A DNA stretch of 64,000 nucleotides, from contig DF237451.1 in the NCBI GenBank assembly GCA_000708835.1, positions 1 through 64,000 of the forward strand, read 5' to 3'. Of this stretch, positions 48,737 through 64,000 are shown piece by piece. Position 1 is the stretch's first letter. Each line of letters starts with the position of its first letter. Source of the DNA: Klebsormidium nitens (lineage: Eukaryota > Plantae > Klebsormidiophyceae). The notes under the pieces are model-generated. The model did not search any database. It saw only the letters and a program-made list of their open reading frames with translations, and was not told the origin of the DNA. The translations under genes and the position numbers were made by a program.

Positions 48737-50232
48737 ACGTTTCATTTAATTTTACCGGCCCCGTATTTTGAATCATTTAATTATACCGGTGCCACCGCGT
48801 GGCACGTATACTATACACTGATATTATAAGCTTCTTATTTTCAAGGGCGCGGCCCGCGAGCACTAGATAGGTTGAATGACACGCGTATTGCAGCTGACCA
48901 TTAATTGTACATGCATGCATATGGACCGGATGTGCACGCGGCGCCATTGCATACCGTTGTCATGTGCAATCTTGAGCTTGCAATGTCGAGCTAACCGTCG
49001 TATACTCGAATTCCGTCTTAAAAAGATTGAATGGAAGACATGCCGCCGCCCCGGCCGGCCATGACGTGAGTCACATGTACCGTGTCATGCAGAGCACTTC
49101 AAAGCTCAATGGTTTGAATCCGATTTTTAGCTGCTGCATTGAAACGCGTGCAAAGTCTGCATGGCACTTCAAAGCTTTGAAAAAGTGAGTAAGCCTGGAC
49201 TCGAGGACTTACGTACTTGATTGGGATCTGCCGATGTAACTGGCATCGTGCTCGATATAGGCCTCGCGACTGCGCGCATTGCAGTCGGACTCATGCTTAA
49301 TTTGATTGTAAGTCGTAGAGACAGAGAGTGCGGCCAAAGGTCATTCGGCATACGTACTAACATTTACTCGCATGCTGGCCAAGTCACTGTGCGTCGGAAG
49401 TGCGGCACAACTGCTTCCGACAAGTCCCAGTGAGTCAGCATGACGGGCTTGATGAACGGGCCAAACAGCCTATCCTGCCTAATACTCAACATGCTTGGCA
49501 GACGGGTTGGTTTATACGTCACCCCTGTCATGAAAGGCAATAAGCAATTAGCTTACACTTTCCTCTCGCCAGCGATGAAAGGCCTGTGCCGGCAATGGTC
49601 TTGCTTTGCGCATGGCGTATGAAGTCGAAACGTTATGCTTTCCCGCCTTGCCGTCTCGGTGCCTCCGGCGCCTTCAGCGCTGTATCCTGAAGTTGCACGA
49701 CCAGAATTGACCGTTCAATCACTAATGCAACAAGATTCAATAAGACGTTGTATTCACGCGCCTTTGCAACGGTACGGCTGCGCGAATAACAAAGACATTC
49801 GCATCCGTTGTCCTGGCTTTGCCCGCAGCATGACGGTTTTAGTTCGGCCGGGGGGACCTTTCCAGACCGGGCGGGTCTAAGAGTACACAGCGAGAGCTCA
49901 TAGAGTGCTTCCAACACTTGCAGGCGATAAAGCATGTGTTCGACACCATCCTGCAGACTCGACCCTGTGGGCTTGCTTAACTTCAGAAGCCTCGTTCCAA
50001 CTTTGACTCCAAGAGAAGCCCAAAGGATGTCTAGGACGGCTGAAAAGAATGGCAGCTAGCCATGTGAGGCAGCAAGAGTCCGTTCGAAAAGCAAGGAGCT
50101 CATTAGCCGGCAAGAATATCCAGAAAGGGACCCTCACCTGGAAGCAATCGAAGCTCTCAGCCATTGGGTGGATAGGGGATGGAGTTTGGGCCCAGAAAAT
50201 GCGGGAGCACGTGCTGGCTTCGCACGAGGAGA

Positions 50233-53200
50233 CTACCCCTTCCCCTTCTGGTGCTTCAAGTAGGCGTCGACTGGAAAGTCCGGGGCCAGGTCGATGCTCT
50301 CAGCCGGCTGCAGAAGAGGGGACTAGACGGTTGAATCTTTACTCGGACAGCCGCGTCAGAGGCTGCGTTTGGACAACCGGGACGCAAAACCAGACGTGCA
50401 GAACAAGCTGTAAAAGGGGTGCCGGACAGACATCCCAACGGTCTGGAGTCCAATGCGAGGTTCTCGGAAAGCGGAGGGAGGCGAGAAAGAGGTATCAAAG
50501 AATAACCACCAGCTCTTTGACGGACACTTACCACGTGCCAAGCTTAGTGGATGCAACATCCAAGGGGAATACTTAGGAAAAAGGTCCGAACAGCAAGCCG
50601 CACAGGTCGGGTTGCATCATGTGGCGCCTGCGACCTTTCTCGTGCAATTCTTGGAGCACAAAGCGCAACCACGAGAGCCCTTACAGGTCGTCGAGCGCAC
50701 ATGCCGTGCAGGACAAGCGAAAAGCATGAGAACGAACAGACACGGAGAAATTACAGAGTGGCAACTTTCGACGGAGCGGCGGCCAGGCTGTAATCGTCTG
50801 CCTGGATTGCTTCAGGTATTCGTTGTGGGCCGGTGCAACCTCCAAGCCTCCCCCTGCGACAGCTCGTCGTTTCCTCACCGCCCACCAGTCGAGGAGCTTG
50901 CAGAGCACGTAGTCCAGCAGCGCGACCGCGCAGAAGAGCTTCCCGGCCCACGGCCCGCACGCGTAGTAGCGCGCCAGCCGGTTCAGCAGCAGGTCCCCGC
51001 CTGGGTCCGCCCCCACGATCAGGCTGTACACGCGCTCCGTGCGCGCAGCCACGTCGTGCCAGCTGTACATCTCGCGCACCTGCGGGCGGGGAAGGCGTAC
51101 AATCAGAGGTCTGGACGTTCGCGAATGGTTGAGGGGTCTGCAATCACGAGATACTGAGGGACGATGCCGTTGATTCTTGAACGTGAGAGAGGAACTCTCG
51201 TCTCTTGCCCACTTCGGTAGGAGGTCAGTTTCACAAGAGCGAAGCAGCGTAGGTGCGGAAAGGCGAAGAAGAGCTCACAAAAGCCGACTGATCACAATAA
51301 CAACTCTAGTCAGCCCTTTTCTTCCTAAAACCAGTGGAAGGGAAGGTTGAAAGCCTCACTCGCTTGTGCATCGCTGCAGGGTCAATGGTTGGAAGAAGAG
51401 TGATGGCACAGCTGACGGCTTCGACCAATTCGGACGCCCGAGGCTCCGCCAGGACGATCATGTCGGGGGGCAACACCTGGAGGGACAGAAGAAGAACCGA
51501 GTGCCTTCTATCAGCTTCGGCTCGCAATCACTTGCGCTCATTGTAAGTCGTCCGATGTAAGTCCATCACATGAGAACATAGAATCACAAAAATGTCTTCC
51601 CGCCAGAAGGGGTTGCGAATTCTTGCGTAGAGACATTTCATCTTGCTACCGGAGGGACATCTTGCAAAGAGACATCTTCCCAAGGTTCGTAACTTCGGAA
51701 AAAGAGACCCCGCCTCGTGAGGCTTGTTCTGGAGCCAGGATGAACTGAAAGTAGCCGGAACGTCAGATTTTCACGACCCCAGATCTTTTCACGCCGACCG
51801 CCGTCCGCAATCCGCATCAACAAATTATGAAACGAAGGCACAGAGGAGACACATCAAGTTGCCACTTGTCACACGACGCACCTCGGGCACTCCCCCTACG
51901 CGCGTGCTGACTGTGAGCAGGCCGCAGCTAGCGGCCTCCAGGATGGCGATGCAGAAGGCCTCCGTGAGCGAGCTGTTGAGGAAGATGTGGCCACGTGTCA
52001 GCACGGCGCGCGCGTCCGCGTGCGGCACCTCCCCCAGCATCTCGACGCGCTCCTGCAGCCCGCACCGCTCGCGCATCTCCTCCAGCGACACGCGCTTCGG
52101 GCCGTCGCCGCCGATCACAAAGTGGACCTGAGAAGGGGGCCAAGAGGCGCTCTTGAAGGATCTATCTAAGGTCGTCTTGCAGAAAGGAAACGTAGGTTCG
52201 TTCGGCTTCAGGACGCTGGGCAACTTCAACTCGAACATATGAATGCAGCCCACGTTCTCGGACGGGCTCTGTACTTGCCTTTAGAAAGTAGTCTGCCTCG
52301 ACCAATACGAGGTCATCGTACTGCGAAGCAAGCCTCGGAAGTTTTCCGATTTGGAGACCAATAACACAGGAAGTGCACCCGTGTCGTTCAAAAACAGATT
52401 ACTCGTCGAAGTTGCTGCAAACAACAGAAGAGAGGGAGGGGAGAACGTTGGCGGCGCTGCGACATACCTCGGGGTGCCTTTTGCAGATGGCCGGGATGAC
52501 TTCGACGAGAAGGTCGATCCCTTTCCGATAAACCAGCCGGCTGAGCACAATGATCGTCACTCGGCCGGGCTGACGTTTGCTGACATCAGGCCGGAACACG
52601 GCAGTGTCCACTGCATTTGGGATGACGGAGATCCGATGAGGGGGCAGACCGGATCGGAGGGCCTGCAGCGGGAAATGGAAGTCAAGAGGTGAGAAAACGG
52701 AAGACAGGACGTGAACAAGACTAGAGCCCGTTGATCGTGGATCTTCCAAGAATGGAAAGAGAGATGGTAAAGGAGACCTTCAGGCTCTCACATCCACAGC
52801 GCCGAGAGAGATGCTGCAGGTAAAAACTTACCGAATGGTGGATACAGGGACCGGAGACAATTCGCTTTGGCGGCCCCTCGAGCCGAAGCGTTAGTCGCCT
52901 TTTGGCAACATGCACTCTGCCGCTTCGCAGAACCGAAGATTACCGCTATCCCTGTCCTTCGAATCATGCACGGAACTTGCATCACAACCCCACAAGTGTG
53001 GCCTCACACATCGGGAAAGAGAATCACTAGAAGAGGCGAATGAGTTCCAAGTCGAGTTCCTCGTACAGCTGTTTGGCCAGGGAGCCCCCTTCCGCAAGCG
53101 GCGGCTCACTGTGTTTTCCTTGCTGGTGTGCGAGACGCAGATGGCGTGGTGCACGTCGGCGAGCACGAACTTGAGGACCTTGTTCATGTGGATGCTGGCG

Positions 53201-54932
53201 CCGTCCGCAAAGCCAAACAGGCTGTGGTCCGTGAACGCCACCTTGTAGCCCAGCGTGCGCCCGTGCAGCATCGCCTCGTGGGCGAGGCACGAAAACGCCT
53301 GCGCGGCAAGGGGGCGTGGGGCAGCTGCTCGACGATGGTAGTCAACGAAGTACGATCCAAGTCACCGGTATTTTGCCATGGTTACAAGCAGGACGGATGG
53401 AAAACATAGACCACCGGTGGTCTCTCGATGAATCCTGTCGGTGTAATCACTCGTAAACTTGAAGGAACGGCGGTGGCAGACTTGGGCAATCCGGGCCATC
53501 GATATGAGGGCTCAAGGGGATCCTTACAGCTATTGTTGAAAGTGTCCTGAGTTTCAGGCCTAAAAACTCAGGCACAGGCACTGATGGGGGAAAGGAGGAT
53601 GCTTATTCCACAAGTAAGACATGACAATCGCTTGAAGGTGGATATCACAGAGGTGTGTAAAGGGCCAGCTGCCCTCAAGATTCGGCCCTGAGATCCAAAG
53701 AGGGCAAAAAGAAGGAGCACAAAAGGGGACATATCGTTCCTCCTCCATTGTAAAGCAGAGACCAAAAGAAGGGATAGGGGCATGTTACGAGGCATCAGAT
53801 CACTGAACCCGTTCATATCGGGTTAGGTTTTAAACGTGCGCTGAAGAAAGTCGGTTTCTTCCCTTCTCAAACAAGAACGAGTGAGAGAACAAATCCGGCT
53901 GACTGGATTCCGAGCATCTGCTCGGGGCCGGCCAGCATCTTGTTCGACAGAGAACAGTCACTACATGTGCCCCATGCCCCCGCACCTGGTGGCCGTGAAT
54001 GACGGAGATCCTCTCCCTGATCAGGATGACGCGCACGATGGGCAGTGTGCTGTAGATGGTGGGGAACGTGCTCTGGCAGTAGAACGGCAGCCGCGGGATG
54101 TAGTACACCTTGAGCCCGTTGGTCATCCAGCGCACGCCGCTGCGGTTGCCGTATGCGTGGGTGAGCACCACCACCTGGCCAGTGGGAAATGCAACTTTTT
54201 AGAAGTGTCTTGGTCGTCAAAAGAGTGTTTGTTAAACTGATGAATGAAGAGCGGTTGCACATTGAGCCTCCCTCTCAAGACCAACATTGTACGGCAAGAG
54301 CGATGACGGAGTTCACGAGCTGTCGTTCGCCAGATGGAGCAGGGGACTGGCAACCACCACCTGGATTGAGGCAGCATGATGCAAGGCTTTCAGGAAGGGG
54401 CATAAGGGCTGACGGAGGTAGTAAACAATGCCAACTGGAGGATGCTTGTATGCTAGCGCCGCGACAAAGAGCAGCAGAGAGTGATCTGATCTACAGAGTG
54501 GCCCCAATAGCATGGGCAATGGGGGCTCTCAGCTTTTAATGCACTTGTCCAGAGGGAGGGCCCAGTGTGGTTGTAGCTTTTCGAAGGCTGCCAGGACTGG
54601 CTCATCGATGGGGCACCAAAAGAGAAACTCTGCTAACAAAGGCAGCGCTGACCAGCTACGCCAATGACTGAGGAAGTGCGCTCAGCTCTGAGCTGCAATG
54701 GTGTCATGGTGTCTGTGATCTCTGATGCAAAGGCGCGTTGGTCCCAGAGTTTGCTATGTGAAATCTGAGTCCTCACCTTGTGGCCCCTCTGCAGCAGGCA
54801 CTGGCTGAGATAGTAGATGTGGTTCTCAACGCCGCCAAAGTTGGGGTAGAAGAAGTCGGACACCATGAGAATGCGGTGCCTCTGCCGTCCATCGCACAGT
54901 GTCTCTCCTCCTTCATCGTCTGCGGCGTCCAT
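50233..54932 (-). CDS. PIGA: Phosphatidylinositol N-acetylglucosaminyltransferase catalytic subunit (PIG-A/GPI3/SETH2)
   Basis: [34 protein letters not shown] / [27 protein letters not shown] / [11 protein letters not shown] / [19 protein letters not shown] / [36 protein letters not shown] / [16 protein letters not shown] segment / [12 protein letters not shown]. Confidence 0.96.
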
Positions 54933-55104
54933 CCACCGACAGCGCACACTCTCATACCCTGTCTACTGGAATGCACAAAACGGAAAAAAGGCGGGCGCCA
55001 ACGCATCAACACAAAAGACGGGAGCGTGCATTTGGTGTTGAAAACTGGACGATCAACAAAGTGGGGAAGAGGTTCTTCCCATTGCTTCAGCCCCCCTTCA
55101 GCTC

Positions 55105-55153
55105 AGCCCAAAACCCTAATCTCAGCAAACCCTAAAAGCTGAATGCATGGGCC
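55105..55153 (+). promoter_or_regulatory. Two telo-boxes plus site-II-like motifs in the PIGA/DHX35 bidirectional promoter
   Basis: AAACCCTAA at 55111-55119 and 55127-55135; AGCCCA at ~55105 and TGGGCC at ~55148. The ATG-to-ATG distance is only ~290 bp. Confidence 0.5.
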
Positions 55154-55222
55154 TTTCCCTCGGGTGTACGAGCAAACCTACTTTTCGTAATTCAGCCTTC
55201 TGTGGCGCTTTCTGTGGCCCCC

Positions 55223-60665
<5,443 letters not shown>

Positions 60666-61915
60666 GGCGGAAGAATGGCCGGGGCACCGGGTAGAGCCCA
60701 AAGACTGTCTTTTAACGTCGGCGTTCGAAGTGCGAGGTGCGTTTGGAGGTTCTGCTTTGCTATTTCTAAAAGTCCGTTCCGAGCAGTCTCGGTCCGAGGA
60801 TTTTTTGCGTAATGGGCGGTGCGAACTTGGGTTGCTCGCAGGCGCCAATCCTGCTGGCTTTTTCTTGGTTTCTCAAAGTTGAGTGGCGACTGCGTAATAG
60901 CCAACGACGTTTGCGTTGGCATCACTTTAAAAAGCGCCTTTTCGGGGCAGCCATGGTGAATTTCCGCCCAGCCCAAAGACGATTAAACCGTTCACGGCGT
61001 TCCCACGATTCTTCATGAACAAAAGGTGGCTTTCTTGTGAGCGTTGAGACAGGACCTATTTCGCAACACATGCACGTCGTCTTTGAACTAACTCATAAGG
61101 ATGCGGCTGCTGGTCCAAGAATTCTGACTCACTTCGCGACCTTCTTGCAGGAAGCGGGAGGACCATAGAGGCGTCAAATATTGCAATCCTACCCCTCATC
61201 TGAGTGAGAGTTGTTATAAGATTTGTTGCATGTAATCAACTATGTCAGATGCTGCTAATCGTATATCACGCACCTGGTATATTTGTGGCATTCTATCACA
61301 ATCAAGTCGTTGGCTTGGCCATGCCTGGTGCAATTTACATGAGGGATTCGACCGTTACAATGACGTTTACATGCATTTTCTCCCCGCGAATGGCATACAA
61401 ACATCCTCATTCCAAGACGCTTGCGGTCGCTAGCTCAGCTGCATAGATCCACATGCATGGGGGAGCGGGCAGTGCACATATAGCCGCCCGCTTTCCAGCG
61501 GCCTTCACTGACTGTCCATACGTACAGAATTGCGCAAGAGCTCGTGAGCTCTTGCCGAGGCGATTGGGTCGGATGCATATAAATTTTGGGTCACTCATCA
61601 AGTGACGGTTCGCAATCACAAGATAGCCACAATGATGCCCGTAAGTCTTCCTGCCATGCATGATGGGCGCGCTGGACGGTCGGACAGACTACATCGACAT
61701 ATGCAGTCTCAAGTCCAGCTATGTGCATCTCATCCACAAATATCGTGACGCCATTATTGAGCCTCATGTCATCTAAGTTGCCGTGTTCGTCCAAGCCGAC
61801 AAGCTTGAACATGTCCGGTCACCCTTGGTTCCATTCTCGGCTCAGGTCTCAAACGCTTTGTTTTCTACGGTCACCTGTTCGGACCCTTGCAAGCAGCCTC
61901 AGATCGTGCTTGGTG

Positions 61916-64000
61916 TCATGATTGCGAACTGCCCCAGCCGGGTAACAGACGTGGCCGTTTCCGCTCCATCAACCGCCTGCAGACGCAAGCACGGCTTTAG
62001 GCACTCCCCATATGAGCCAGAATCTGATCCTCCTACAGGACCTTAGCTCGCAAGCACTAACCTGCAATGCAACCGAACGTCCATCGGTTCAGGTCGGAGT
62101 CCTGACGACGCACGAATGATCACACTTAAGTGGTCTAAAAGAAGCTGTTCATAACCGGGATAAGGCATGTTGCTGCGCTTGCTTACCTTTTGTACTCCTT
62201 GGTTCGCTCCCTGAAAGCCGACGGAACGTCTTGCCCTTCGTACGACTTGAGAACGGCGCGTGCGTCAGAGGGGCGCTGCCGGGCAAAGACTGCAGCATTC
62301 GAAGGACAAGGGACTTTCGTTTTCAAAGCAGACTTACCAAGAAGCATTCTCCGTGCTCGTCAAAAAAGTGCTTGTAGAAGAATGAGCTATTCAATGAGTT
62401 CGTTTGTCATCGACATTGGTCGCACCAACCGGAATATATGCTAGACTTGGTTGATATCGCTCGACACCGCAGGCCCTGCCAGTGGTCTCTCTGCCGATCT
62501 TTATTAGGCACGAAGCGGACAAAATGTTCTTCTGACGAACTCGAGTGAAGAAAACGCATCTTGGGCTGCTCCTATTGACAGCCTCCCATCATGAGCTGGA
62601 AAGTTCCGGATAGCCCCCTGAGCACAGGCCCAAGAAGCGCTTCTTACGGCGGCCGTGCGATGTGAAGTCGCATATCACTGTGCAATCGCACTCGAGAGGA
62701 AAAAGCTGGTGCGACAATGCTTCGGTTACATTGTTCGTCGTCCGAAGCGCAGCACGGCCTCACATTCTAGGAAGGGCAGGTGGTCCAGCAGCGCGGTGTC
62801 GTTGGTGTCCATCTTCCAGGGCTGCACCGTGAGCACGTTCTCCGGCTGCGCGCACTCCGCCGCGCCATGCCCGCTCACGAAGATGACATGCGACAGGTCG
62901 CGGTTCAACTTCGACAGGTCCTGCGCGCAGGAACAGGCCCACGGGGGTCAGTATTGCAGAGAAATAGAAGCATTTAAGCTCGAAAGTATGCACAAAGTGG
63001 AGTATTATTTGTTTGACGCTCGATGATAGATCGCGAATCTGGACGGGTCCTGCGTGTCAAGAGTGAAGACGCACGGGGTTTATGTAAGGTGAAAGCGCAA
63101 ACCCATGCAGAGCAGGTGAAGAAAATGGGATGGTCGTAAAAAACATTGAGTGTGGTTGCGTCCTAATGAACTGCGAAAGTTGAGTTCGAAGGTCAGCGGA
63201 TTACGATGCAGTTTCGACAAGTCGGACTCTTGTAAAAGGCCAACTTCGACCTCAGGACTCAATTCAAGATGAAGGCTCGTCCGGTTACAGTAAGTGACAG
63301 AGCAGGAAGCACGAATCATGCTGACGTGGCACTTCGTTCAGGTGAAGCTCGAATTGCAACACGTCCACACCTTTTGGAAGGAACCCAACCTTTGTCCTCG
63401 AACCAGAAAAACTCGGTCAAACTAGTCTTCACACCCGCACTTTGATTAAAAAGAACCCTTGAACTGCCAGATTTTCTGCACGAAATCACAACTAGGGCGG
63501 GTGGAGACTCTCACCCGCATGTGTTTCCCGTGGGTGTAGTGCGTGGCGTCGCGGTACAGGCGGTAGCGCACGCAGCCCTTGGGATCCAGGCGGTCCATGA
63601 TGGGGTCCACGTACTGCAGTGACACCCAAAGCACGTGACGCGAGATCAAACACTTTGCGTACAAGCACCATTTTCAGGCCCAGGACAATTTTCGAGCTCA
63701 AAGAGCGGGCCCGGAAATCAGGAGAGCACAGAGCTGTGCCAAACACCGTTGATTGAAAATCCCGCAGTGAAAAAATGAATCCCCAGTACGTTCGTCAGAA
63801 AGTATGTCTCCTTTTCTATGTTACCTATCACAAGGACGACGATTCTCCAGGGCTCTCATCTGCCGCTGCCGCTGGACTGGAATTACTTGCCCACGTGAGT
63901 GAATAGGCAGGGGACCACTACTGGACAGCGGATGCACAGCAAAAGCCCTCCTAGCACGGGCGTGTTCTCACCAGGTTGAGCTGGTCGCTGAAGACGACAA
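61916..64000 (-). CDS. TIM50: Mitochondrial import inner membrane translocase subunit TIM50 (FCP1/NIF phosphatase-like domain); 5' part outside the window
   Basis: Exons VVFSDQLN / YVDPIMDRLDPKGCVRYRLYRDATHYTHGKHMR / DLSKLNRDLSHVIFVSGH..QPENVLTVQPWK..DTALLDHLPFLE / FARQRPSDARAVLKSYEGQDVPSAFRERTKEYK / RLMERKRPRLLPGWGSSQS*. Confidence 0.9.

Noticed and set aside
49169-50164. Several 60-100-aa ORFs downstream of PIGA
   Set aside because: No motifs, no GC-rich exon signature and no consistent splice sites; probably 3'UTR or intergenic.

Overview
Eukaryotic nuclear DNA with GC-rich exons, many short GT-AG introns and plant-type genes (SPA, MRL1). This fits a streptophyte green alga such as Klebsormidium; the taxon is my inference. 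By hand-splicing exons I found nine intron-containing genes in strictly alternating orientation (- + - + - + - + -). (1) A 27-exon, ~1755-aa gene (15035->1333) joining a sacsin/NO-VEIN-type GHKL ATPase, a long helical body, two CCHC zinc knuckles and one intact RNase III domain. (2) Head-to-head with it, a 6-exon ~254-aa gene that resembles uncharacterised bacterial proteins. (3) A DRG1-type GTPase. (4) A SPA-family pseudokinase/coiled-coil/WD40 protein with an ~800-aa Q/G/P-rich N-terminus. (5) The chloroplast PPR protein MRL1. (6) A histidine-phosphatase (PGM-like) protein. (7) PIG-A/GPI3. (8) A DHX35-type DEAH helicase. (9) The 3' part of TIM50. Non-coding gaps hold four non-autonomous TIR elements and palindrome-rich DNA. 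The strongest candidate for an undescribed system is the GHKL-ATPase-zinc-knuckle-RNase III fusion, possibly with its divergent neighbour. All family assignments are from motif recognition; no database search was run.
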